A DNA stretch of 64,000 nucleotides from an uncultured Nitrososphaeria archaeon (GTDB lineage: Archaea; Thermoproteota; Nitrososphaeria; Geothermarchaeales; JDFR-13), in contig CAYTHX010000001.1 of the NCBI GenBank assembly GCA_964437705.1, forward strand, positions 18,698 through 82,697. Reading direction: 5' to 3'. Under the pieces are notes generated by a model, which saw nothing but the letters and a program-made list of their open reading frames with translations, made no database searches and was not told the origin of the DNA. Shown piece by piece: positions 49,750 through 59,735 of this stretch (position 1 is the first letter of the stretch; every line of letters begins with the position of its first letter). Position numbers and translations under genes: made by a program.

Positions 49750-52491
49750 CTACTCAGCTTTTTCTACAAGATATGTTTCTAGGGTTGGTCCTGTGATTGG
49801 ATGCATATGCTTCTTCTGCATCTCTGGATACTTCTTCATTAACTCATTAACATCGACTTTCTTAATTGCAACGTGGAACCCTGAACAAATCTGCTCTGGA
49901 ATTCTAATTTCTTCTCCAGGTTTGTATTTCTCAGCTGATGATGGAGCTATTAGATCTACTGCTCCACCTCTATCTAATCTATCCTCAATACTTATTAAGT
50001 CAACTCTAGAACCATGTTCTATCAATACAGCGCCTGGCTTAATTCTCTCTGTAACAACTACTCCAGCTAGTATTGAACCTATGTCATTATAGACCATTAC
50101 TACATCTCCAGTTTTTACTCCTAGTTTCTCAGCATCTGATGGATGAATCCAAACTGGCTCATATAGATAGCCATCTGGTCCACGTACCTTATATAACTCT
50201 CTTAGCCACATGTTATCGTCTCCCTGAGCATGGAATCTATATCTTGGATGGTTAGCTACTACTAAGAATGGATACTTCTCAGCTTTCGGTGAGGTCGGAA
50301 GCTCATCGTGCTCAACCCACTTAGCAACTGGAGGCCTCTCTGGATCATCTGGAGCATACTCAAGTGCATAGTTGGAGACGAACTCAAACTTCTTACTTGG
50401 AGTTTCTAAGCCAGATCCTCTCTTATAGAACCACGTAAAGAAGTCTCCATAAACCTCGAAGTCATTCTGCTTCTTAATTTCAGCCCACTCCTCCCATGTT
50501 GGACATGGATATATAAAGACCTTCCTCTTCTTTAACTCCTCCCAGCTAATCTTATACTTCTTATAAGCTAATGACCCTTCATATGCATTTCTTGCAAACT
50601 CCTCTGGATCTGGGAATGCTTCTAATAGCTCGGGTTTATTGAACTCTTTCGCTAACCTCTCAGCAATCATCTTATGAATTTCATAATCACTCTTAGATTC
50701 TCCTATTGGATCAACACATTTATCATGGTAACCAACTGCTACTATATCCATACGAGAGATTGATAATACATCTGCTACTTCAAAGTCTGTTAATGCTGGT
50801 AAAACTAGATCTGCGAATAATGCATCGTTTTCAAGCCATGGATGGATAACTACGTGGAATTCTATCTTTGGACTTCTAAGTGCTTCTATAAACTTGTATC
50901 CATGCCAACATGTAGTGTAGCATCCATTCTCATTCCAAATCATCCTAATACCTGGATGATCATCAGTTGGTGGATATCTATATTTCTCGAAGAGGTCCTC
51001 GGTAGCGTTAACCTGTGCTCCACAACACCACCACTTGATTGGTGGATTTAAGATAGCATCTGGAACTAGAGTCTTGATAAGTGGGATTCCCTTTGGTGGT
51101 GGTGGAACTATAGCATATCCAACAGCTGGATGAGTTAATCTTCCACCGATCTCCACATCTAAGTACCTTGGTAGTGCTGGAACGTGACTGATTAAGAAGC
51201 CTCTACCTAAACCGATTGTAGAGAAGTAGAATCTAAAGAATGTTCTTCCAGGCTTTCCTAGTCCCTGCATCGCAAGACAATACGCCTCTAGCCTTGCAGG
51301 TAAATGACTCATTTTACCTCTAACTTTTGGCCCACCGAAGTGTACTGCTATAGAAGTTCTCTTCTTAGCCCATGCTCTTGCTAATGCCTTAATTGTCCAT
51401 TGTGGTATGCCAGTTATCTTCTCCGCCCACTCCGGAGTTTTTGGTATACCGTCATCTTCTCCTAAAACATGTTTCTTAAACTCCTCGAAACCTACACAGT
51501 ACTTCTCTACATACTCCTTATCATACAAGTCCTCAGTAATCCATACATACGCAATTGCAAGATATAATGCTGCATCAGTATTTGGATTAATGGGGATCCA
51601 TTTATCAGCGTGAATTACTGTTGTATAGTTAGCATCTGGAGCTATAGCTACAATCTTTATTCCAGCTTTCTTAAGGAAACGTATGAAGTGTGACTGGATC
51701 TGACCGCCGAATCCTGGTGAAGTTGTTTCTGGATCACAACCAGTAAATATCGCTAACTCGGTATATTGTAGTACATTATCCCATACACCATCCTGATATG
51801 GCTCACCAACAGTTGGATCGAACCCCCAAGCAAGTTTTGCCCCCCAGTAATAACCCTCCCAACTATCTGGGTTTCTAACCTGATGAGTCCAGCCCATATC
51901 TAATTTATCAAAGAGATATCCACCATAATAGTGACAACAATGTGTGAAACCTGGCTGTCCATGCCCCTCAGCCTGTACTAGTACAGGCTCTAAATTACCG
52001 TACTTCTCTTTTATCCTCTTAATCATGTCAACAACTATATTAATAGCTTCATCCCAGCTTATCCTCACAAATCCAGATTTACCTCTATTTTGTGGATTTG
52101 GATTGTCGGGGCTCCAATCAACCCTCTTTAATGGATATTTTACTCTAGATGGAGAGTAAACACGTTTCTTATATGCAAGCCAGAGTAATTCAGGTACTCT
52201 CTTTTTAGATTCGATCTTAAATGTACCTCTATCAGTCTTTATCTCCCATGTTCTGAAGTCTTCGGGTAGGTGGAAGGGTAGACATCTAATTATTCTTCCA
52301 TCCTTGATATGCACTTCTAGTGGTGGTCCTGAGGATACATAGCCAGCTGAAAGTGTAGCTACATACTCTATTCTTACTCCATTTTTAACATTTTTAATTT
52401 CCTCCTTAGAAGCCTCCTTGAGAGGTCCTGACGAACCACCATCTGGAAAAGCATCAACTACTAAATCGTAGAATTCCAAGTAATTATCCAC
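49750..52491 (-). CDS. Mo/W-bisPGD oxidoreductase catalytic subunit, pyrogallol transhydroxylase (AthL)/resorcinol hydroxylase-like
   Basis: NPQNRGKSGF.RISWDEA, NPDSWEG..WGA...WG (Ser ligand motif), HPRYRFH.QGD; no Tat signal and no N-terminal FeS motif. Confidence 0.88.
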   Translation of the reverse strand: MDNYLEFYDLVVDAFPDGGSSGPLKEASKEEIKNVKNGVRIEYVATLSAGYVSSGPPLEVHIKDGRIIRCLPFHLPEDFRTWEIKTDRGTFKIESKKRVPELLWLAYKKRVYSPSRVKYPLKRVDWSPDNPNPQNRGKSGFVRISWDEAINIVVDMIKRIKEKYGNLEPVLVQAEGHGQPGFTHCCHYYGGYLFDKLDMGWTHQVRNPDSWEGYYWGAKLAWGFDPTVGEPYQDGVWDNVLQYTELAIFTGCDPETTSPGFGGQIQSHFIRFLKKAGIKIVAIAPDANYTTVIHADKWIPINPNTDAALYLAIAYVWITEDLYDKEYVEKYCVGFEEFKKHVLGEDDGIPKTPEWAEKITGIPQWTIKALARAWAKKRTSIAVHFGGPKVRGKMSHLPARLEAYCLAMQGLGKPGRTFFRFYFSTIGLGRGFLISHVPALPRYLDVEIGGRLTHPAVGYAIVPPPPKGIPLIKTLVPDAILNPPIKWWCCGAQVNATEDLFEKYRYPPTDDHPGIRMIWNENGCYTTCWHGYKFIEALRSPKIEFHVVIHPWLENDALFADLVLPALTDFEVADVLSISRMDIVAVGYHDKCVDPIGESKSDYEIHKMIAERLAKEFNKPELLEAFPDPEEFARNAYEGSLAYKKYKISWEELKKRKVFIYPCPTWEEWAEIKKQNDFEVYGDFFTWFYKRGSGLETPSKKFEFVSNYALEYAPDDPERPPVAKWVEHDELPTSPKAEKYPFLVVANHPRYRFHAQGDDNMWLRELYKVRGPDGYLYEPVWIHPSDAEKLGVKTGDVVMVYNDIGSILAGVVVTERIKPGAVLIEHGSRVDLISIEDRLDRGGAVDLIAPSSAEKYKPGEEIRIPEQICSGFHVAIKKVDVNELMKKYPEMQKKHMHPITGPTLETYLVEKAE

Positions 52492-52545
52492 TATAAGAAC
52501 ACCTCCATTTAACCTAAACTAAAAACAAATTTGCATTTCTTTCTA

Positions 52546-52566
52546 TTTAGTATAATATATACTAAA
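52546..52566. promoter_or_regulatory. inverted repeat in divergent promoter (candidate operator)
   Basis: TTTAGTATA-ATA-TATACTAAA with perfect 9-bp arms between the Mo-enzyme and Rieske genes. Confidence 0.45.
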
Positions 52567-52666
52567 ATATACATAAATATACATAGTATATTTCTAGAAT
52601 ATTAAAGTTAAGCATTACATCTATTAATAGATTTTCCCCATCTTTAGGGGTGGTGAAGGAACCTAT

Positions 52667-53278
52667 ATGGCTAAGGAAAAGTCTTCTATTGATGAAAACA
52701 GAAGAACTGCACTAAAAATAATTACTGCCGCATCCGTGGCTGCATGTTTCGCTAGCTTTCTTAATGTTTTAAAATCATTAGGAACAGCGCAAATTTCATT
52801 TCCACCATGGCCTAGAGTTAAGGTAATTAACATTAAGGATCTTAAGGTCGGAGAGCCTGTACAATTTAATTATCCTTTAGAAGAGACACCCGCTATAATT
52901 ATTAAGCTTGGTAAACCTGTTCCAGGTGGGATTGGTCCAGATAAGGATATAGTAGCATACAATATTATTTGTCAGCATTTAGGTTGTATAGTTAGATTCT
53001 ATAAAGCTGATGACCCAGAAAATGTATATAAGGGTAAGAATGTATTGTACTGCCCTTGTCATGGTGGATGGTATGATGCTGAGGATAGAGCGAGGGTACT
53101 AGCTGGACCTCCACTCTGTGAATTACCTATGGTAAAGTTAGAGTTAGATGAAGAGACGGGGGATATTTATGCTATTGAGATGCTTCCGCCTGCAATATTT
53201 GGTAAAGGTCCTACCCCATGTCACTCTGACCCCCGCTGGGATCTAATTGGTGGTGAACTTGTCGGGGGAGAAGAATAA
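52667..53278 (+). CDS. Rieske 2Fe-2S protein with Tat-type anchor (AioB/SoxL-like)
   Basis: NRRTALK, CQHLGC, CPCHGG, GPP...LP. Confidence 0.93.
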   Translation: MAKEKSSIDENRRTALKIITAASVAACFASFLNVLKSLGTAQISFPPWPRVKVINIKDLKVGEPVQFNYPLEETPAIIIKLGKPVPGGIGPDKDIVAYNIICQHLGCIVRFYKADDPENVYKGKNVLYCPCHGGWYDAEDRARVLAGPPLCELPMVKLELDEETGDIYAIEMLPPAIFGKGPTPCHSDPRWDLIGGELVGGEE

Positions 53279-54743
53279 AGAAGAAGGTTATATTAGGAAA
53301 TTTGTAAACTGGATTGATGAGAGATTTGGATTTTCAAAGACTATTCTAAGACCGCAACCTAGATACTCGCTTCACCCACTTTATTGGTTGGGTGCACTAG
53401 CATTTACAGCATTCCTTATACAGGGATTCTCAGGTATGCTACTATTACAACACTACCGCCCAATTGTAGATCAAGCCTATGAATCAGTATCTATGATTAG
53501 AGATATGGTTCCATTTGGAAGAACATTAGCTACCTTACACTTATACTGTGCATACTCAATGATCATTTTTGCATTTTTACATCTTGTAAGGGCATACTTC
53601 CTTAAGCAGTATACTAGACCTAGAGAGCTCATGTGGATTGTAGGTGTATTAATGGGATTAACTGCATTAGCATCGTCATTTACAGGTTACTTGCTACCTT
53701 GGACTGTAATCTCTAAATCTGCGATTGACGTATCAATAGGGTTGCTAATGAACCTCCCTGAACCAATAAATCTATGGATAAAAACGTTAATTAGTGGAAC
53801 TGGATCTGAACAAGAACTTCTAAGTAGATTTTTCGCTTTCCACGTAGTTGTATTGCCAGCAGTTCTTCTAGTACTCTTTGCAATAAAAATGCATATGTTT
53901 GAGGTACATGGTGCTTCAGAGCCTATAAGGAGAAGATTTATGAAAGATGTCCTAGATTATAGAGAAGAAGCTGAAGAAAAAGTTGAGTGGTTCCCAGAAA
54001 TACTTACATACTACTTAATACTCGTCTTTTCATTTATAGCTGCAATACTTATTATATCAACAATAATTCCATCTGAATTACCTCCAAAATATACTCCCGA
54101 AGAAGCAGCTAAGTATACGCCACAGCCAGAATGGTACTTCCTATGGATGTATCAGATATTGAAGATAGAGATATTTGAAGGTGCCGTTGGTGTTAGAGTA
54201 GCACTTACACTATTTACGATCTTAGCTTTAATAGTAATATTCTTACCCTTCATAGATAGATCAAAGAAATTAGATATTTGGGATAGACCAGTTCAGATAA
54301 CAATAGGTATAATTGCTGTAGTCGAGATATTTATATTAACAATTTGGGGTGCATTTACTCCTGGCATGACTATACCGCTTATCGATGCAATAATAATACT
54401 AGGAGTACCAGCAGTAGTAATAGCAGGTATCATGTACCTACTGTATAGGAGAGTAAAGAAGATTAGAGCTGGAGAAATAACCTTATTATATGAAAAGTTC
54501 ATAAAGACTTCTAAAGCTAGATACCTTGCTGAATCATTAATATTTAATCTACTTGTATGTATCTCCGCAGCATCTACAGCAAACATAATTAATTTAAGCT
54601 CCCTACATACGTTAACAATACCAGTATTTTCAGCATTATCAGTAATATTAGTATTCTCGATGGCTTTACTAGTGAAGTATTTCGTAGCTAGTTATTGTGT
54701 TTTATATAGGATTAAGTCTGGTTGTAAGGGTGTTGTCGCATGA
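53247..54743 (+). CDS. cytochrome b (unsplit, with PEWY) of a Rieske/cytochrome b complex
   Basis: LG.L......Q..SG, H-x13-H in helix B, RPRE..W..G, FTGYLLPW, QPEWY; extra C-terminal TMs. Confidence 0.92.
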   Translation: MVVNLSGEKNKEEGYIRKFVNWIDERFGFSKTILRPQPRYSLHPLYWLGALAFTAFLIQGFSGMLLLQHYRPIVDQAYESVSMIRDMVPFGRTLATLHLYCAYSMIIFAFLHLVRAYFLKQYTRPRELMWIVGVLMGLTALASSFTGYLLPWTVISKSAIDVSIGLLMNLPEPINLWIKTLISGTGSEQELLSRFFAFHVVVLPAVLLVLFAIKMHMFEVHGASEPIRRRFMKDVLDYREEAEEKVEWFPEILTYYLILVFSFIAAILIISTIIPSELPPKYTPEEAAKYTPQPEWYFLWMYQILKIEIFEGAVGVRVALTLFTILALIVIFLPFIDRSKKLDIWDRPVQITIGIIAVVEIFILTIWGAFTPGMTIPLIDAIIILGVPAVVIAGIMYLLYRRVKKIRAGEITLLYEKFIKTSKARYLAESLIFNLLVCISAASTANIINLSSLHTLTIPVFSALSVILVFSMALLVKYFVASYCVLYRIKSGCKGVVA

Positions 54744-55003
54744 AAATGGAGTATGTTACAGCTATACTCCTAATTATTCAGCTAGCGATACTTTCGTGGA
54801 TAGCTACGTTAGATCCAGTAACAGAACAAGGCGTAGCTGCCCTACTTATGGCGCTGAACTTTATAATTACAAACATAGTACTATATCTCTATATGAATAG
54901 GAATAAGGAGTTCCCAATAAAGAAGCTAGCTCTAGATGAAGAATGGATAGCCATAGGTTTCGCAGTAATATTCCTTGTTATACTACTAATAGTTTTTTTA
55001 TAA
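54740..55003 (+). CDS. small 3-TM protein, probable accessory subunit
   Basis: ATGA overlap with the cytochrome b stop; hydrophobic. Confidence 0.65.
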   Translation: MKMEYVTAILLIIQLAILSWIATLDPVTEQGVAALLMALNFIITNIVLYLYMNRNKEFPIKKLALDEEWIAIGFAVIFLVILLIVFL

Positions 55004-55086
55004 ATACCCTAATCTTTTAATCATTCTTAAGATATTATGGCAAACTATTTAAATAAAATTAAGTAAATAGTTCTGGTTGAGTTTAG

Positions 55087-55467
55087 ATGACTGTGAAGAT
55101 AGGCATAATTGGATGTAAAAAGATGATAGATGAGATATGCCCTGGATGTATTAAGTGCTTTAAAGCACTAAGTGAAAGAAGCGGTAAATTCAGTACATTA
55201 CCTAATGAAAAAGTTGATGTTATATTTTTAACATCTTGTGGTAGTTGTCCAGGACCAGTAACTATGAAGATAGATTTAATTAATCGCATATTAAAAACTT
55301 TTGATGCTAATGTAGATATCATATTTATAGCTACTTGTGTTTTAAGAGCAATAGAGCTTTTTAACTGCCCAATTGATATAGAGGTTTTAAAGTTAACTTT
55401 AGAAAGCTTAGGTTATAAAGTTGTTTTAGGAACACATGCATATCCAATATATAAGCTTACCACATAA
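55087..55467 (+). CDS. CGGC domain protein
   Basis: KIGIIGC..CPGC.KC, CGSCPG, IATC, CP, VVLGTH. Confidence 0.85.
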   Translation: MTVKIGIIGCKKMIDEICPGCIKCFKALSERSGKFSTLPNEKVDVIFLTSCGSCPGPVTMKIDLINRILKTFDANVDIIFIATCVLRAIELFNCPIDIEVLKLTLESLGYKVVLGTHAYPIYKLTT

Positions 55468-55588
55468 AAAATAATAATTTTTTGAAGGTCTACTTCATCT
55501 ATATATTTCCTATATTATGAGTATATATGTAAGTAAATAAGATGTGTAACATAGAGTAACTATTAGCAGAGCTAATGGTGTACGGTAT

Positions 55589-56416
55589 ATGGATATACTA
55601 CTGTATTTTATCGGGGTAATTATGCCATACTTATCAATTGCAATATTCATTGGTGGACTACTCTTTAGGTTATCTAGATGGTTCTCCTCATACTTACCTG
55701 TTAGAATACCCTTGACAGATGCTAATGCACCAATAACTAGAACAGGTGTTGTTGCTAGACTTGGTGTAGAATTCGCATCATTCAGAAGCTTACTTAAAGC
55801 AAATAAGAAATTATGGTTTTCAGGTTACCTATTCCACGTTTTACTTGGCATTACATTCTTAGTACACCTATTTAATATATACCTATACTCAGGTTTCAGT
55901 GATGTTGTAAATAGTATTTGGTTTGATAAACTGGCTACATACTCAGGAATATTATTTACATTTCCACTGGCATACCTAATCCTTAGAAGAATAGTACTTC
56001 CACATATTCGCTTAATATCCAAATTATCAGACTATGTAATACTACTTCTATTATTATCACTAGTAATCCTTGGTAACTACATTAGGACATGTGGAGTTAT
56101 TAATTTAGATGAAGTTAGGAGTTATATGTTAAGCCTAGTATACTTAAATCCAACTTTACCTCCAAACAACATTTACTTCCTACTTCACTATACTCTCGCT
56201 ATGATTCTATTTATGTACATACCATTTAGTAAGGTTGCTCATTTAATTGGTTGGCTTCTAGCCCCATCGAAGAATATGAGACATATCGCTAGACACAAGA
56301 GACATATTAATCCGTGGAATGATGAAATTCCAGGAGAAACTATGACATGGGAAGAGTACTACAAGTTATATAAAGATGAGTTAGATGAGTATGGGCCTGA
56401 AGGAGAGAGGAAATAA
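55589..56416 (+). CDS. dsrM: DsrM/HmeC-like diheme b membrane subunit (NarI family)
   Basis: FH-x9-H, LH...PFSKVAH, and a DsrM-like tail RHINPWN...T.EEY. Confidence 0.8.
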   Translation: MDILLYFIGVIMPYLSIAIFIGGLLFRLSRWFSSYLPVRIPLTDANAPITRTGVVARLGVEFASFRSLLKANKKLWFSGYLFHVLLGITFLVHLFNIYLYSGFSDVVNSIWFDKLATYSGILFTFPLAYLILRRIVLPHIRLISKLSDYVILLLLLSLVILGNYIRTCGVINLDEVRSYMLSLVYLNPTLPPNNIYFLLHYTLAMILFMYIPFSKVAHLIGWLLAPSKNMRHIARHKRHINPWNDEIPGETMTWEEYYKLYKDELDEYGPEGERK

Positions 56417-56469
56417 AATTCTTCCATGATTTTTCTTTATTAGTTTCTTAGCTTAGCTTTTCTAACTGC

Positions 56470-57648
56470 TTATATTACTGGTTCTGAAGAGTTATATGGT
56501 GGTGGATATACAGTATGGAATGTTAGTTTATGGGCTTGCCAAGGTTCTTCAGGTTTAGCTTTTTGCACTTGAGTAATTGCTGGTATAATATTCATTTGAC
56601 CATTCTCAAGGAAGAATATTTCACCATACCATGGAAAGTAAAACTTTTCTGATAATAGAAGCTCCCTAATTTTTGATGCTTCAAGACATCCACATTTTTC
56701 AACTACATGTTTTATTATGTACATACCTGCATATCCACTATAGGCTAGGAAGTCAAATGGTCTTTTATATTTATCCCAGAACTTAGTTGCTAATTTATTT
56801 AACGCCTTAGGATCGGGATGTTGCCGATCAGGCCAAAATTCGTTACATATAAATACACCTTCTGCATCTTCTCCCGACATTTCTATAAACGCTAAGGTTT
56901 GTATCGCTCCTATACCCAAAATAACTCTAGGATTAAGGCCCTCTTCTCTTATTTGTTTTATTAGCGATACACCATCCTCTAGATATGTAGAGATAACTAG
57001 AATATCTGGGTTTTGTATAATTAAGTCCTCTATGATATGCGTAAATACTGGTTTCTTATAGCTATATGCGTGAATCGAGATTATTTCCCAATCTGGATGT
57101 GATCTGCTTATAAGTCTTAAGAATCCACCTTTTATAAATGAATGTCCCATCAGCATGTTTTCATACATCGTAGCTATCTTAAGTGAACCCATTGGTTTTA
57201 TAGTTGGTATAACAATCTTCTCTAAGAACTCTATAGCTAGCTTGTTGAATATAAGAGAGTTTGTCGACATTCTAAAAACATATTTAAAACCTCTTTCTGT
57301 AATTTCGTCTGCTGAACATCCAATTGTTATGAAGGGCACTGCGTACTTCTCAGTTACTTTAATTACATTGACTGCTGCGGGACTTAAAAATGTGCCTCTT
57401 ATGAAATGTACATTATCTGTATTAACTAATTTCTCTGCTAGTTCACCGGCTTTTTCATGGTCCTCGCTAAAATCCTCAACTATCAACTCAATTTTTGCTC
57501 CTAATATCCCTCCATTTTCATTAATTTCTTCAACGGCCATTTGACAACCGAATAAGCCAGTTTCTCCATAATACTTAAAACGTCCACTAAGTGGTAAAAT
57601 AACCCCAACCTTCACAACTTGATTACTCAATTTTCCCGACATAACCAT
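56470..57648 (-). CDS. branched-chain/aromatic-type ABC substrate-binding protein lacking an evident signal peptide
   Basis: KVGVILPLSG...G, AVEEINE.GG.LG, FR motifs; no N-terminal hydrophobic segment. Confidence 0.8.
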   Translation of the reverse strand: MVMSGKLSNQVVKVGVILPLSGRFKYYGETGLFGCQMAVEEINENGGILGAKIELIVEDFSEDHEKAGELAEKLVNTDNVHFIRGTFLSPAAVNVIKVTEKYAVPFITIGCSADEITERGFKYVFRMSTNSLIFNKLAIEFLEKIVIPTIKPMGSLKIATMYENMLMGHSFIKGGFLRLISRSHPDWEIISIHAYSYKKPVFTHIIEDLIIQNPDILVISTYLEDGVSLIKQIREEGLNPRVILGIGAIQTLAFIEMSGEDAEGVFICNEFWPDRQHPDPKALNKLATKFWDKYKRPFDFLAYSGYAGMYIIKHVVEKCGCLEASKIRELLLSEKFYFPWYGEIFFLENGQMNIIPAITQVQKAKPEEPWQAHKLTFHTVYPPPYNSSEPVI

Positions 57649-57664
57649 ACACCCGATAAATAAA

Positions 57665-58996
57665 TTAATAAACTAAGGCATTTGCAACTAACCTATGCAC
57701 ACCATACACTTTCCACTTAGCTTTATAATGATAAACCAAATCTTTAAGTTGCCTTTTACAATTAGAACATGCGGTAGCTACAATATCAGCTCCAGTTTTT
57801 TCGATCTGCTCCACCTTCTTCTTACCAGAAATTTTCATTCTCCACTCCAAGAAATTATTACTATACATTACAGCAATTCCACCACCACCACCACAACAAT
57901 AATTTAGCTCCCTATTTGGCTCCATTTCAATAAAATTTTGTACACTAGCTCTTAATAATCTTCTAGGCTCTTCAATTAACCCGATGATCCTCGTTAAAAA
58001 ACATGGATCATGATAAGTCACAAGTTCCTTATTTTTTGTGGGATCCAAATTTAATTTTCCTCTTCTTAAGTATTCATCTGTAAGCTCTAGTATACTTATT
58101 ATTTCATACTCTCTTGCTTCTGGAACAATATCCTTGAATACTCTAAGTGATAATGTAGCGTGTCCACATTCACCAACAAGTATTTTCTTAACTTCAAGTT
58201 TTCTAGCGATTTCAATATGACCTCTAATTATCTGGGATAAATAATCATCACTATAAAATACTCCATAGTTTGATGCATCGTTAAACTCTGAGCATAGAGT
58301 ATAGTCTACTCCAAGGTAATCTAGTACTTCAATTATACCCATCACATCTTCTAGAAGTCTAATATAATCGGATGCTACGTTTAGTAGTAGATATTCAGCA
58401 CCTTTCTTATCAACAGGAATCTCTATTTTAAACCCTCTTTTTTCAGCGATTTCCTCTTCCATAAACTTGACAATATCTAAGAAAGCTGCCCTATTCATAC
58501 TAATAACAGCGCCATACTTTATCTGTCTTAAAGCTCCATATTCATGTAGATCCCTAGGTGCAATATTTAATCTACTTAAGATATCCCTTACCTCTCTAAC
58601 TATTAAAGCATTATCAACTCTAAATGGACAGAACATACTACACCTTCTACACATATTACAACGATAAATATTCTCTGCTAAAGCCTCTATCTCTTCAGGA
58701 GTAATCTCATCTCCCACATTTAAGAAACCTAGAACTCCACGACCCTTTCCATGAATAATCTTCCTTAACAGATTAATTCTATAAAGTGGATTATATATTT
58801 CCTCACCAGTAGTTTCATATAAGAAACAGTGAGATACACATAAACCACATCTAGTACATAAATCTAGTGAAGTCTTAATAATTCTATACTTATGCTTAAA
58901 TTCTTTTCTTAGTAGATCCCGTATATTCTCAGCCGCCCTTTTATAATCTTCAGGTTTATTTGATAATGCTCTATATCCGTCTGATAAAAGCTTCAT
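57665..58996 (-). CDS. DsrK/HdrD-like Fe-S protein (second copy)
   Basis: CTRCGLC...C, CNMCRRC...CP, GECGH, HDPC, CCGGGGG, CSNC. Confidence 0.85.
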   Translation of the reverse strand: MKLLSDGYRALSNKPEDYKRAAENIRDLLRKEFKHKYRIIKTSLDLCTRCGLCVSHCFLYETTGEEIYNPLYRINLLRKIIHGKGRGVLGFLNVGDEITPEEIEALAENIYRCNMCRRCSMFCPFRVDNALIVREVRDILSRLNIAPRDLHEYGALRQIKYGAVISMNRAAFLDIVKFMEEEIAEKRGFKIEIPVDKKGAEYLLLNVASDYIRLLEDVMGIIEVLDYLGVDYTLCSEFNDASNYGVFYSDDYLSQIIRGHIEIARKLEVKKILVGECGHATLSLRVFKDIVPEAREYEIISILELTDEYLRRGKLNLDPTKNKELVTYHDPCFLTRIIGLIEEPRRLLRASVQNFIEMEPNRELNYCCGGGGGIAVMYSNNFLEWRMKISGKKKVEQIEKTGADIVATACSNCKRQLKDLVYHYKAKWKVYGVHRLVANALVY

Positions 58997-59730
58997 TACT
59001 TAATCCCTTTTCTCACAATCCATCCATTTACAAAATATCCAAATATATGGAAGCATCTGCTGAAGGGAAAGTATATTATATATAGTTGAGCTAGTATACA
59101 GTGTAGTATAAAGATAGGGTTTTCTGGTGGTTTTATTGGGTTTAGTGTTGCTAGACTATAAAAGTATTTCAATGCTTCTTCAATCGGAATTACGTTAAAT
59201 ATACGCATGTATACGCCAAGGGTTATTATAATTAGTAGTAAGAGAAGTTCAAAATAGTCTCTAAGTAAGGTAATCTCCCTTACTTCCTTAACTAATATTC
59301 TCCTCAATAGGATAAAAATTAGAATTATAGCGGCAATTATACCTAGAAATGTAGTCCATACGGTCAACCAATCTTCTATAAGTGGATATATTGTTCCTCT
59401 AAATATTAGAAAAGGGTCGGGTAATAGTAAAGAGCTAAATATGAAAGTTACTACATGAAGCAGAATAAAGAAAAAACTAATATGTAGAAAAAATATTGCT
59501 AGCCAGTAAACATCATCTGTTTTATATATTGTCCTAAATGTTACTAACTCTTTTACAATGTCTGCTGCTATACCCCTATTTGTTTTTGGAGTAGGAGATA
59601 AAGGCCACTTAATAACCATTGGTACTCTAAACCAAGATATTAATCGATAAATGCTAAATATTATGAAGAATAAAGCAGTTATGTATGGAAGGTAAAAGTA
59701 TAGGAAATCGAGGAGAACATTAGCCATCAT
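58996..59730 (-). CDS. NarI/DsrM-like diheme b membrane subunit (second copy)
   Basis: LH-x8-H, LLRR, LH...FPFSRCFH. Confidence 0.82.
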   Translation of the reverse strand: MMANVLLDFLYFYLPYITALFFIIFSIYRLISWFRVPMVIKWPLSPTPKTNRGIAADIVKELVTFRTIYKTDDVYWLAIFFLHISFFFILLHVVTFIFSSLLLPDPFLIFRGTIYPLIEDWLTVWTTFLGIIAAIILIFILLRRILVKEVREITLLRDYFELLLLLIIITLGVYMRIFNVIPIEEALKYFYSLATLNPIKPPENPIFILHCILAQLYIIYFPFSRCFHIFGYFVNGWIVRKGIK

Positions 59731-59735
59731 TCCAC

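Noticed and set aside
49379-50092. 237-aa ORF on the + strand
   Set aside because: Antisense shadow of the Mo-enzyme subunits; no motifs. The same applies to the other short antisense or overlapping ORFs in the track.
52667-53278. Arsenite oxidase (AioAB) call from the AioB-like Rieske protein next to a Mo enzyme
   Set aside because: The Mo subunit lacks the AioA 3Fe-4S motif and has a transhydroxylase-type Ser motif; the Rieske gene is coupled to cytochrome b.
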